Positions 30,552 through 39,403 of a DNA stretch of 55,493 nucleotides are shown here, piece after piece. The position numbers and the translations under genes were made by a program. The stretch is from NCBI GenBank assembly GCA_049322255.1, contig JBMORE010000178.1:1-55493 (forward strand), written 5' to 3'. Source of the DNA: Myxococcota bacterium (lineage in GTDB: Bacteria > Myxococcota > Myxococcia > Myxococcales > Myxococcaceae). The notes beneath the pieces are model-generated. The model was not told the DNA's origin, ran no database searches, and worked only from the letters and a program-made list of their open reading frames with translations. The stretch's first letter is position 1. Each line of letters opens with the position of its first letter.

Positions 30552-30696
30552 CCCCCTGGGCGTCTCTTTGCGGGTCTTCGACTTCCGGGAATTCGCTATT
30601 ACCCTCGGCGCGTGTAAGCCCGCGAAAGCTCGTGGTCGCAAAAGCGCGAACACACATAAAAGGCCCCGATCGGGTAATCACCATTTCCCGGAAATC
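30552..30696 (+). repeat. Dispersed 145-bp element, copy 1
   Basis: Gap-free alignment with the reverse complement of 50806-50950 (105/145 identical); internal inverted AYTTCCGGGAA-N7-TTACCC sites. Confidence 0.9.
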
Positions 30697-30913
30697 GGAA
30701 GGGCCACAACAACCCCTCGGAGGCGGGGGCGGAGTCGCAACGTTGAATACGTGGGGCTCGACGGCGAGGGCAGCTGCGCTGGAACCCTCGCGTTCACACC
30801 CTTACATGTCGGTCGGCGCAGAGACCTCGCATCAGTGACACTCCCGGGCCAAGGCGTGGACGGCGACGACCGTGGACTGGCCATTCTCAACCGTGGACGT
30901 GTATACCGATGGC

Positions 30914-31318
30914 ATGACAGCTTCCGCCCAATCGACAATCAGCCGAGGACCAGCGTCCCCAGCTTCTCCCTCCACATCTCTCACGGTGTTCGACATGGTC
31001 GGGCTCGCATTCGGAGCCTGTGGACTCCTGTGGTCTGCAACGGCCACCGTGATCTTGGCGCCTACTTTCGCAAAGATGTTCTCCGACTTCGGAGGGAAGC
31101 TACCTGCCTTCACCGAGCTGTGCTTGACGCAGTGGTTCCCCTTGACCTTGGGATTGGTGCCGCTGGCAGTGGTGGGGGCCGGCATCTTCGGTGCAGCGAC
31201 GAGGAAATTGAGGGCGATATTGATGAGCGTCGCTATTTTTCTAACCCTCGCGCTCCCCGTCGGTTTCCTCATCGCCATGTATCTGCCCATCTTCAGCATC
31301 GCCGGAGCGGTGAAATAG
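30914..31318 (+). CDS. Small membrane protein resembling a compressed PilC/GspF
   Basis: PTFAKMFSDFGGKLPAFT and C-terminal IAMYLPIFSIAGAVK motifs; TATACC 6 nt before ATG. Confidence 0.75.
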   Translation: MTASAQSTISRGPASPASPSTSLTVFDMVGLAFGACGLLWSATATVILAPTFAKMFSDFGGKLPAFTELCLTQWFPLTLGLVPLAVVGAGIFGAATRKLRAILMSVAIFLTLALPVGFLIAMYLPIFSIAGAVK

Positions 31319-31495
31319 AAAACCGCGATTCCACGCTCCGCCCGGCCAACCGGCACATCGGATGCGGTGGTAGACGCAATTGTGGCTCGACGGACTCATC
31401 GCTGGCTTTGGCGCCGAGGCGTCATTTCCGCGGTACTGTTGGCGATTCCTCTTCTGGCGGTGGAGACGCTCACGGGGTGTTGGAGATCGGTTTTG

Positions 31496-32215
31496 CTAGG
31501 GAACAACTCTGGTCAGGCCCTCTGCGCAGGCGGAATCGGCCGGATCAAGCTCGACGCAACGCTCGAAAGCGTCGCGTGCTTCCGCGAGGTTTCCGCGGCG
31601 CCTCTCGACGATCGCCAGGTATCGCCACGCTGATGGATTGGCGTACACGCGGGCGATCGCGGTGGTGAAGCAGCGGGCCGCCTCGTCGAGATTTCCCCGC
31701 GTTAGCTCGACCACCCCGAGGTCGTGCCACGGACTGGCGAGCGTGGGCGCAACCAACGTCAGTCGGCGGTACTGCTGCGCGGCCTCTTGCAACTCACCCG
31801 CGCGAAAATGTGTCAGCGCCAGATTGCTGCGCGCCTCGTGATAGTCGGGGTTCACCTTCAGCGCACGCTCGAAGTAGCTGATTGCCTGTCGGAACGTTCC
31901 CTCCTCTAGGCTGAGCACTCCGAGGTTGTTGTAAGCCTGGGCTTGCTCAGGATTGAGCCGGATGGCGCGAATGAAGTGCTCCTTGGCGCTCCGGCGATCT
32001 CCGCGGCGCATGGCAATCAGTCCTTGGTTCGTCCACGCGTCGGCGTGGTCGGGTGAAAACTCCAGGGCGTGCGCGCAGTGTGAGCTGGCGACATCGAGGG
32101 AATTTTTTTCGAGCGCGAGAGCGCACAGCTCAGTGTGGCGCAAGGCCTCAGGGTGCGGTGGACGGTGTGGAAGGCAGGCGGAAAGGACTGCAATCAATGC
32201 GAGATGGCGAGACAT
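31496..32215 (-). CDS. TPR lipoprotein (Tgl/PilF-like)
   Basis: VLSAC lipobox; tandem TPRs (AWTNQG, AYNNLG, ARSNLA, PWHDLG); GGAG RBS. Confidence 0.8.
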   Translation of the reverse strand: MSRHLALIAVLSACLPHRPPHPEALRHTELCALALEKNSLDVASSHCAHALEFSPDHADAWTNQGLIAMRRGDRRSAKEHFIRAIRLNPEQAQAYNNLGVLSLEEGTFRQAISYFERALKVNPDYHEARSNLALTHFRAGELQEAAQQYRRLTLVAPTLASPWHDLGVVELTRGNLDEAARCFTTAIARVYANPSAWRYLAIVERRRGNLAEARDAFERCVELDPADSACAEGLTRVVP

Positions 32216-32297
32216 CGTTTTCTCCTGTCGATCCCATGCGTGGGAGGCGATCGGAGGAGAATGACGACGGGCTTGGGTGCAGACGCACTGTGACGTT

Positions 32298-32330
32298 CCC
32301 TCACCCTTACCCTCTCCCACTGGGAGAGGG
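32298..32330. repeat. REP-like short palindromic repeat
   Basis: CCCTCACCCTTA-CCCTCTCCCACTGGGAGAGGG; reverse orientation of the 19884 copy. Confidence 0.85.
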
Positions 32331-32390
32331 GGGCCAGCGGCACGCTGACGGCTGCGAAGCTCACTCCCAGATTGTCGGCAGGAGGCCAAG

Positions 32391-32777
32391 CTAGTTGTCT
32401 GGGATGACGGTGATTGTCTCCTCGCTTCCAACATGGATCGTCGGGCTGTAGATGTTCTCGGTACGCCCTTCCCGGCGCACGAACACCCGTGCTGGGTACT
32501 GACCATCACGCAAAGACATCTTCTGCACGATGTCGAAGCTCAAACCGGCTGGATACGAGAGCACCTCGCGCTTGAGCAGCTCTCCCTCATCGTAGATCTG
32601 GATCTCGACCTCACGGATCGACGCGCGCTCTCCAGGCAGCTGCCAGACCAGCTCCCGGGTCACGGGGAACAGACCGCCGCTGCCCTTCCACAGCCATAGC
32701 CCCGCTGCGATGACGAGCAGAATGGGTAATCGCCGCCAAAGCCCCCGCCACCGGCCCGATCTGTCCTTCGCCTCCGC
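32391..32777 (-). CDS. Hypothetical N-terminally anchored membrane protein (canonical start codon missing)
   Basis: Open frame includes TM RRLPILLVIAAGLWLW upstream of the first GTG (32663); AAGGAG-N6-GCG at the expected start. Confidence 0.55.
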   Translation of the reverse strand, partial: AEAKDRSGRWRGLWRRLPILLVIAAGLWLWKGSGGLFPVTRELVWQLPGERASIREVEIQIYDEGELLKREVLSYPAGLSFDIVQKMSLRDGQYPARVFVRREGRTENIYSPTIHVGSEETITVIPDN

Positions 32778-32780
32778 GGC

Positions 32781-33206
32781 CTACTCCTTCTTCTTCTTCG
32801 ATCTGCGGGCGTGAAGCTCGGTGAGCTCGACCTTCGATTCCCCATCGCCCTTGTCCTTGCGCGGAAGCAGGCGGACCTCCGCCTTCACCTCGATGGTCAT
32901 CCCGGTGAGCAGCTTCAAGAACTCGTCGCGCAGCTTCTCCGACTGGAGGAACCGCCGAATTTCTTCGGACACCACCCGCCCCAGCTCGTCCTTGGTGCGC
33001 TCGGCCTGGGAAAGGACATAGGAGAGCGCCTCCTTGGGAAGCTTGAGCTGCCCGGCAAGCGCGCGCAGACCTTCCTCGGTCATGAACAACGCGCCTAAGC
33101 CCGCCACCGCCATCTTGCGCACGAACTCGGGCACGAAGCCGCGCGTGCGTTCGTCGGGCCCGGGGGAGAAGAACTCTTCGGGAATCGGGTCTTCCGGCAA
33201 AGCCAT
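32781..33206 (-). CDS. Hypothetical protein (phasin-like amphipathic N-terminus)
   Basis: AAGGAG RBS; RKMAVAGLGALFMTEE resembles phasin-like proteins (inference). Confidence 0.75.
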   Translation of the reverse strand: MALPEDPIPEEFFSPGPDERTRGFVPEFVRKMAVAGLGALFMTEEGLRALAGQLKLPKEALSYVLSQAERTKDELGRVVSEEIRRFLQSEKLRDEFLKLLTGMTIEVKAEVRLLPRKDKGDGESKVELTELHARRSKKKKE

Positions 33207-33215
33207 CGATACTCC

Positions 33216-34301
33216 TTAGTGCGCGGCCTGGGCGTTCATCACCGGTAGCCGCACCCGCGAGTTCTCCTGCGAGACCCGGCCAGCCACGCTCTTGGCGATC
33301 GCCAAGAAGGCCTGCGCCTCGGGGCTGTCGGGGTTGCCCACCACCACCGGCACCCCGCGGTCGCCCCCCTGACGCACCGACAGCTCCAACGGCAGCTCGC
33401 CGAGGAAAGGAATCTCCATCACCTCGGAGGCCTTGCGCCCTCCTCCGCGGTCGAAGATCGACGTGCTCTGTTGGCAGTGCGGGCAGACGAACTGGCTCAT
33501 GTTCTCAACGATGCCCAAGACGGGAATGTGCACTTTGTCGAACATCTGCTTGGCGCGTACCACGTCGGCGAGCGCCACGTCTTGCGGAGTGGTGACCAGC
33601 ACCGCCCCCGCCGCACGTATTTGTTGTGAGAGGGTGAGCGCCACGTCGCCGGTACCCGGCGGCAAATCGAGCACCAGGTAATCGAGCTCGCCCCAATTCA
33701 CGTCCCGCACCAACTGGAGCAACGCCCCGTGCAGCATCGGCCCGCGCCACACCAACGCCTGATCCGGCTCGACGAGGAAGCCGATGGACATCACCCGCAT
33801 GCCGTGTGCCTCGAGCGGGTCGAGCGTCTTGCCGTCGCGGCTCACCGGCTTACGCCGGATACCGGTCATCAGCGGAATCGACGGACCATAGAAGTCGGCG
33901 TCGAGCAACCCTACTTTTGCTCCGCAACGCGCCAGAGCCGCGGCGAGGTTCACTGCCACGGTGCTCTTGCCCACGCCTCCTTTCCCTGCCCCCACCAGCA
34001 CCACGTTCTTCACCCCCGGGAGCAGCGCGTCCTTCGACAGGCCCGCGGGCGCCGAGCGGACAAGGGCCCCCCATTCAATCTCGAACGACTCCAGCCCCAA
34101 CTTCTCCAGCGCGGCCTTGGCGTCGGCTTCGATCTTCCCCTTGAGCGGGCAAGCGGGCGTGGTGAGCTCGATCTTCACCTGGAGCCGGCGCCCTTCCAGC
34201 CGCAGGTCTTTCACCATCCCCGCTCGAACGAGATCGACGTTCAGCTCCGGGTCCATCACGGTGGACAGGGCGGCCAGGACATCCTTCTCCGCAACGCTCA
34301 T
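33216..34301 (-). CDS. apbC: Mrp/NBP35 Fe-S cluster carrier ATPase
   Basis: DPEL..LTTPACP, GKGGVGKST, WRGPM, DLPPGTGD and ENMS..CPHC motifs. Confidence 0.96.
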   Translation of the reverse strand: MSVAEKDVLAALSTVMDPELNVDLVRAGMVKDLRLEGRRLQVKIELTTPACPLKGKIEADAKAALEKLGLESFEIEWGALVRSAPAGLSKDALLPGVKNVVLVGAGKGGVGKSTVAVNLAAALARCGAKVGLLDADFYGPSIPLMTGIRRKPVSRDGKTLDPLEAHGMRVMSIGFLVEPDQALVWRGPMLHGALLQLVRDVNWGELDYLVLDLPPGTGDVALTLSQQIRAAGAVLVTTPQDVALADVVRAKQMFDKVHIPVLGIVENMSQFVCPHCQQSTSIFDRGGGRKASEVMEIPFLGELPLELSVRQGGDRGVPVVVGNPDSPEAQAFLAIAKSVAGRVSQENSRVRLPVMNAQAAH

Positions 34302-34340
34302 CTGCGCGATTCCTCTCGAGGTTTTCTTCGTGAAGGGCGC

Positions 34341-34751
34341 TTAGCTGTCTACCACCTGCTCCAGGGTGCGCAACAGCGGCTCGACGAGCGGCCGCTCGAC
34401 CGAGCTCGCCGAAAGCAGCACCAAGGCAGCCTTGCAGACGTCGAGATCGACCCTGCCGCCGCTGTGCATCAGGTAGGTGTCGTAGCGCCCTCCGGCGGTG
34501 GCGGCTCCGCGAGAGAAGGTGCCAGTGCTCAGCCCCGCCCTCTGGCTCCATTCCACCGAGACATGGGCAAAGACGAGCTGTAAATGGTGCGGTGGCTGCT
34601 CGGCATGGCTCCAGGCGAACAGCTCGGTGGCGCTCTCGCCAAGAAACCAGCGCACCTGGGCGCCTTCCTCGTCGGGCACCAAGGTTGCGGGGTCGATCTC
34701 CCGAAGGCTTTTCCCCCACGCCAGAAGCTGCTGCTCGGTGGGAGCGCTCAT
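34341..34751 (-). CDS. Hypothetical protein
   Basis: ATGA overlap with upstream gene; normal codon bias. Confidence 0.7.
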   Translation of the reverse strand: MSAPTEQQLLAWGKSLREIDPATLVPDEEGAQVRWFLGESATELFAWSHAEQPPHHLQLVFAHVSVEWSQRAGLSTGTFSRGAATAGGRYDTYLMHSGGRVDLDVCKAALVLLSASSVERPLVEPLLRTLEQVVDS

Positions 34752-35371
34752 TCGAGGGCAGCCACCTTGAAGGCGCCCGCCTCGCGAAGAAGCTTCACGG
34801 CCTTGCCGTCGCCGACAGAAGCCTCGGCGACATCTCCCTTCCACACCCACTCCGCAAAGAGCGCAGCGCGGGCCCGGGCCACCCGTTCGCGTGCCAGCGG
34901 CTCGGCGGCGAAGTCCTCGGCCAAACGCTCGGGGGTGTAGCGGGCACGCCAGGCGCCAGAGAGCATCGCGTACGCGGCTGGGAAGTCGCCCGCCTCCACG
35001 GCATCGAGGAAGCGCGCCAGCACTTCCCGCGGCCCTTCGGTGGAAAACAGATCCTCCACCCGCCACACCTCGCCTTCGCGCACGGCGTCCAGCCCTTGGG
35101 CGTGCGCCCGCAAAGTGGGCAACGACGAGAGAATGGCCTCGGCACGGCGGACACGGGCCTGCGGGTCGGCGTAGTGCGCACGGAAGGTTTCTTGGCTCAC
35201 TTCCGCTCGGTGGGCGGCCGAGGTGAGCGCATAGGCGTCATCGAGGCGTCCCTCGGCGAGCGCACGGGCGTAGGCCTCGGTCACCTGCTCGGGGCCAGAG
35301 AGGGTACGGCAGGCGATTGCGAGCACGCACCATAGGAGCACCCACGGCCAGCAGGCGAAAAGTGAACGCAT
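34748..35371 (-). CDS. Hypothetical lipoprotein with two NTF2-like repeats
   Basis: LAIAC lipobox; duplicated GP.(Q/E)V...(Y/F)..A...G....AYA..S...RA pattern. Confidence 0.75.
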   Translation of the reverse strand: MRSLFACWPWVLLWCVLAIACRTLSGPEQVTEAYARALAEGRLDDAYALTSAAHRAEVSQETFRAHYADPQARVRRAEAILSSLPTLRAHAQGLDAVREGEVWRVEDLFSTEGPREVLARFLDAVEAGDFPAAYAMLSGAWRARYTPERLAEDFAAEPLARERVARARAALFAEWVWKGDVAEASVGDGKAVKLLREAGAFKVAALE

Positions 35372-35433
35372 GAAATCGCCTCGAAACGATAGCACCCGTC
35401 CCCTTGCGCCCAAGTTCGTCGCCACGGGTGCTG

Positions 35434-36183
35434 TCATAGGCCTACAAGAGCGCGCACGATGACCACCAGCGGCCAGCCGATGAGCCGGAAACGGCCCCAG
35501 TGCCGCTCCAGCTTCTCCATCTGCTGGGCCGCGGGCTGGTCTTTGGGCAGCTCTTTTCCCGAGACCGCGCCGCCGGGGCGACAAGCTTCACAATAGATGT
35601 CGCCATCGAAGGCCCACGCCTGATGCAGTGAGAGCACCTCATCGCAGTGGTGACACGAAAACGGCGAGCGCGGGTTGGGCACGTGGCGCGACGACAAGGT
35701 GGGCCGCGACTGTCCTGGAGCGAGCCAAGGGTCGGGCGCGGCAGGTGCAGGCGCCGGCACCTCCCAAACATCATTGGCCTTCGGGGACGGCGGCGGGGCG
35801 GCACCGGTGACGCCCTCGAGGGCCTCGAGCTCGCCTTTGTCCAGCCACACGCCTTCACAAGCCGAGCAAACGTCGAGGACGCACTGGGTGGTACCGACCA
35901 TCGCCAACGGCTGACCGCACGATGGGCAACAAGCCAGCGCGCTGCCGCAGCCCTGACACTGCAAAAGCCCCTTGGCGACGCGATGGCCGTTCTTGCGACA
36001 ACGCCCGGGAGCCAGACGAGCGTGGGAAAGGAACGCCTTCGCCGAGGGTCGATTGGGGAACAGCTCCAGCTCGCTGGCGTCGAACCACAGGCCCTCGCAG
36101 CGGGGGCAGATGTCCAGCTCGACGTCCTTGGCGGACACGGCGCGCATCGGCTGCGAGGGGCAGATGGGGCAGGCGCGGCTCAT
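35434..36183 (-). CDS. Multi zinc-ribbon (zf-TFIIB-like) protein
   Basis: Two CxxC...LD.CxxCEG.W.D..ELE units plus further CxxC pairs. Confidence 0.85.
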   Translation of the reverse strand: MSRACPICPSQPMRAVSAKDVELDICPRCEGLWFDASELELFPNRPSAKAFLSHARLAPGRCRKNGHRVAKGLLQCQGCGSALACCPSCGQPLAMVGTTQCVLDVCSACEGVWLDKGELEALEGVTGAAPPPSPKANDVWEVPAPAPAAPDPWLAPGQSRPTLSSRHVPNPRSPFSCHHCDEVLSLHQAWAFDGDIYCEACRPGGAVSGKELPKDQPAAQQMEKLERHWGRFRLIGWPLVVIVRALVGL

Positions 36184-36199
36184 GAAGGAGAATCTACCC

Positions 36200-37879
36200 T
36201 TACTTCACCGTCACCCAGGGGTACCACAGCGCATACAGGTGCGTCGCCGCCGTCTGTTGCAACAGCCGCAGCCAGCGCAGCCGGCGCGGGGGAGCTCCGT
36301 GCAGGATGACGTCGAAGTCTTCCACCTCTTTGCCCGCGAGCTGCAGCGCCCGTCGCCCCGCCTCCTCGAAGAGCCCCACCTTGTCCACCAGCCCAGCCTT
36401 CTGCGCGCCACGGCCCGAGTAGATGCGCCCTTGCGCCTTGGCGTGGATTTCCTCCTTGGCCTGGCGGCGGGCGGCGGCCACATGCTCGAGAAAGGCCTGG
36501 TAGGTTTCCTCGACGTCGGCCTCGAGCGCGGCGCGCTCGGCCTCGGTGAACGGCCGCGAAGAAGTGAAGATGGAGGCGTTCTGCCCCCGGGAGACGATCG
36601 CCCGGCGAGCTCCAAAGCGTTCGAAGAGCTTCGAGAGGTCGAACTTTCCCGCGAAGACACCGATCGAGCCGACGATGGCCAATGGAGCGCTCCAAATCTC
36701 GTTGGCGCCCAACGCGGCCATGTACCCGCCGCTGGCGGCGACTCGATCGAAATAGGCGAGCACCGGTTTCTTCTTCGCCACCCGCCTTACTTCCTCGAGG
36801 ATGAGCTCCGACCCCAGGGCAGATCCGCCCGGGCTGCTCACGTAGAGCAGCACCGCCCGGGTGCGTGGATCACGCGCGGCGAAGCGCAAGGAGCGGGCGA
36901 CCTGCTCCGAGCCACAGATCGCCGGACCCATGGGTGCCCCGCCGCCTCGTCCGTGGACGATCATCCCCGCGATGGGAACCACCGAAAGCCGGGCCCGCCG
37001 CCGCCAGGGCGAAAAGTAGAACGGGGGCAAACAAAGGGTCCGCGCGTAGCCGGCGAAGCTGTCGATGCGCACCTCGGGCACGCCGTCGCGGTTCTTCGTC
37101 GCCTCGGCCGGAGCGAGAAAAGTGCCCAGGTCCGCCTCGCTGACCAGCGCGTCCACCAGCCCGCGTTCCTTGGCGCGCTTGGCGCTGAAGGGGCCTTCGT
37201 CCACGCGTGCCTTGGCTTCTTCAGCCGTGAGGCGCCGGCCCTTCTGCAACAGGGAGATCAGCTCCTGATAGCGCTCGTCGAGGATCATTTCGAGGGTCTT
37301 CTTTTGAATCTCGGAGACCTCGTCGTGGGTGAACAGCTCGGGAGCGGTCTTGTGCTCTCCGCGGCGGACGAATTGCGCGGCGATGCCCATACGCCGAAGC
37401 CCCTGGCCGAGCGCAGTGGCCTCAGCGGAAAAGCCGATGAGATCCAACCGCCCAGCCGGCGAGAGCACGATGCGGTCGCAGCAGAGGAGTAGCTCGTATG
37501 CAGAGGTGTCGGCGCTGATGGCGTAGCCGATCACCTCCTTGCCACGAGCGCGCAGCGCCTCCAAGAGCCCCGCCACCGCATCGCGCTTGGCGGCCGCGCC
37601 GCGAAAGTCCTCCAGCTCGATCACGATGCCCTTCACCGAAGGGTCGCCGCCCAGGGAGCGCAGCTGCTTTCCCAGCTCGTACAGCGAGCGAACCGTGGCA
37701 GCCTCCTCCCGGCGGAAGAGCGAACGCCAACGCGGGAGGGCGCGGTAGGGAGGATCGGCCTTGAGCCGGAAACGCACGTATTCGGGACGAGCGCGGCGGC
37801 GAAAGAGGCGAACAGGCAGCGCCAGCACAAGAAGCACGAGAGCGACGAGGTTTCGTAAGGCCACGAGGAGAAAGCGCAT
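36200..37879 (-). CDS. sppA: Signal peptide peptidase SppA (S49, two-domain)
   Basis: GEHKTAPE, SPGGS, AASGGY, GSIGV, GRIYSG and GLVD motifs. Confidence 0.93.
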   Translation of the reverse strand: MRFLLVALRNLVALVLLVLALPVRLFRRRARPEYVRFRLKADPPYRALPRWRSLFRREEAATVRSLYELGKQLRSLGGDPSVKGIVIELEDFRGAAAKRDAVAGLLEALRARGKEVIGYAISADTSAYELLLCCDRIVLSPAGRLDLIGFSAEATALGQGLRRMGIAAQFVRRGEHKTAPELFTHDEVSEIQKKTLEMILDERYQELISLLQKGRRLTAEEAKARVDEGPFSAKRAKERGLVDALVSEADLGTFLAPAEATKNRDGVPEVRIDSFAGYARTLCLPPFYFSPWRRRARLSVVPIAGMIVHGRGGGAPMGPAICGSEQVARSLRFAARDPRTRAVLLYVSSPGGSALGSELILEEVRRVAKKKPVLAYFDRVAASGGYMAALGANEIWSAPLAIVGSIGVFAGKFDLSKLFERFGARRAIVSRGQNASIFTSSRPFTEAERAALEADVEETYQAFLEHVAAARRQAKEEIHAKAQGRIYSGRGAQKAGLVDKVGLFEEAGRRALQLAGKEVEDFDVILHGAPPRRLRWLRLLQQTAATHLYALWYPWVTVK

Positions 37880-37962
37880 CGGCGTTTGAGGCGACTAGCC
37901 GGGCTGGGCCTTGGTACGCAAGCGGTTCGAACGCCCCCGTCGTCCGTGCTACTTTGCCCGCC

Positions 37963-38283
37963 ATGCGCTTCGCTCTCCTGGCCACCCTCCTCTTCGCTGG
38001 CTCGCTGTGGGGAACCCACGCGCTCGCCCAACGCCAGGCGCAGGAGTTCAAAGAGCCGGCCCGAATGTCCGAGGAGGAGCTCGAAGCGGCCAAACAGGCC
38101 AGCAAGCAGAAATTCAACGCCTATCAAGAGACGATGGAGGAGAAGCCCGAGCCTTTCCCCTGGGCGTTCGCCACCCTGGTGGCGCTTGCATTCGTGGTGG
38201 CGATGCCGTTCGCCCTGCGGACGTTCAAGAGCACCGCGGCGGAGATCTCCGCCCACAAGCGCGCGCCTCCTCCCGAGCCTTGA
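37963..38283 (+). CDS. Small exported/membrane protein
   Basis: Signal peptide plus C-terminal TM; TG-C-TACTTT 7 nt before ATG. Confidence 0.75.
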   Translation: MRFALLATLLFAGSLWGTHALAQRQAQEFKEPARMSEEELEAAKQASKQKFNAYQETMEEKPEPFPWAFATLVALAFVVAMPFALRTFKSTAAEISAHKRAPPPEP

Positions 38284-38289
38284 AGGAAG

Positions 38290-39360
38290 CTAGCCAGCTT
38301 TCACCGCGCTCTTGGGCAACACCATCACTTCGCCACTCTCCACCACCACCACTATCGGCAGGAAGCGCTCGAGCACCCGGGCGTTGGTGGTCAGATGGGC
38401 GGAGATCTTCGCGGGACGGTAGCGGCTGGGGGCAGGCTCACCGAGCTTTCCGGCTGCCAAGAGCGCCGCGGGCACGAGAATTTGGTCGCCTAAATGCTCG
38501 TCGATTGCTCCCGCGCTTTCCATGAAGCGGGCCAGCTCGGCGGCCGCCTCGCGCCCCACCTCCTCGGCGCGTTTGCCCTTCTCCCCCAACGCGGAGAAGC
38601 CGGCCACCGAGTGCTCGAACTCTGCGCGAATGAAGACCATCGTGCCGGTCGAGCCCAAGCTGGGCAGCGGAACCTTCTCCACCTCGGCGGCGATGCCCCG
38701 CTCGCGCAAGGCGCTGCTCGCCGCCTTCGCCTGGCGCTCGGCGATCTCGAAAGGCAGGTTCGCCACCATCGAGGTCACGCCGACTTCGTACAGCATGCCC
38801 CGCGCGCGCAGGTCGACCCTTTGGCGCGACCCCAAAGACGGCGGAATCTTCGCGCGCAGCTCGCCCGTTCCCTCGGGGTAGAAGCCGGCGTAGCGCAAGG
38901 AAAGCGTGGCGTCGAAGCCGAACCGCCGCATTGCCGGCAGCCACACCCGGACGAGGTAGTGGTAGCTGGGGCTGTGCGCCACGTGGGTGCCGCCGCGCAA
39001 GGTGAGCTCTCCGCCGCCCCCGAGCGCCAAGGGGAAATAGAGGCACTGAAAGAGCAGCGGCGTCGAGCCGGCGGTGCCCACCTCGAGCAGGTACTGGCCT
39101 GGCTTCACCGGCCCGGGCTCAAACCACAGCTCGCTTCCGCCCACTTGGGCGCCCTCGACGCGCGCCCCCGACACAGCCACCGCGCCACGCACGCAGGCCA
39201 AATGTTGCGGCCGCAGCCCCGCGGGCTTGCGGTTCGCGCGAACGTTTTCGATGTGCAAGGCCCGACCGGTGATGAGCGAGAGGGACAGCGCAGTCCGGAG
39301 GATTTGTCCCCCGCCCTCCCCCTCACTCCCGTCGAGCACGACGGTGCCGCCCGACTCCAT
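38290..39360 (-). CDS. rtcA: RNA 3'-terminal phosphate cyclase
   Basis: DGSEGEGGGQILR, GLRPQH, GGTHV, GFYP, DEHLGDQ and HLTTN motifs. Confidence 0.96.
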   Translation of the reverse strand: MESGGTVVLDGSEGEGGGQILRTALSLSLITGRALHIENVRANRKPAGLRPQHLACVRGAVAVSGARVEGAQVGGSELWFEPGPVKPGQYLLEVGTAGSTPLLFQCLYFPLALGGGGELTLRGGTHVAHSPSYHYLVRVWLPAMRRFGFDATLSLRYAGFYPEGTGELRAKIPPSLGSRQRVDLRARGMLYEVGVTSMVANLPFEIAERQAKAASSALRERGIAAEVEKVPLPSLGSTGTMVFIRAEFEHSVAGFSALGEKGKRAEEVGREAAAELARFMESAGAIDEHLGDQILVPAALLAAGKLGEPAPSRYRPAKISAHLTTNARVLERFLPIVVVVESGEVMVLPKSAVKAG

Positions 39361-39403
39361 TGGCGCACCCTACCAAACGAGTCTCGGTTAGTGTGCCCGT
39401 GCC

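Noticed and set aside
30553..30696. Apparently conserved peptide PLGVSLRVxDFREFxIT...PRSGNxxFPEI in both 145-bp elements
   Set aside because: No shared start or stop, differences are not concentrated at third codon positions, and conservation follows the inverted DNA motifs; it is a by-product of the nucleotide repeat.
31367..31633. 88-aa plus-strand ORF with a hydrophobic stretch
   Set aside because: Overlaps the TPR gene antisense for half its length; no RBS or motif.
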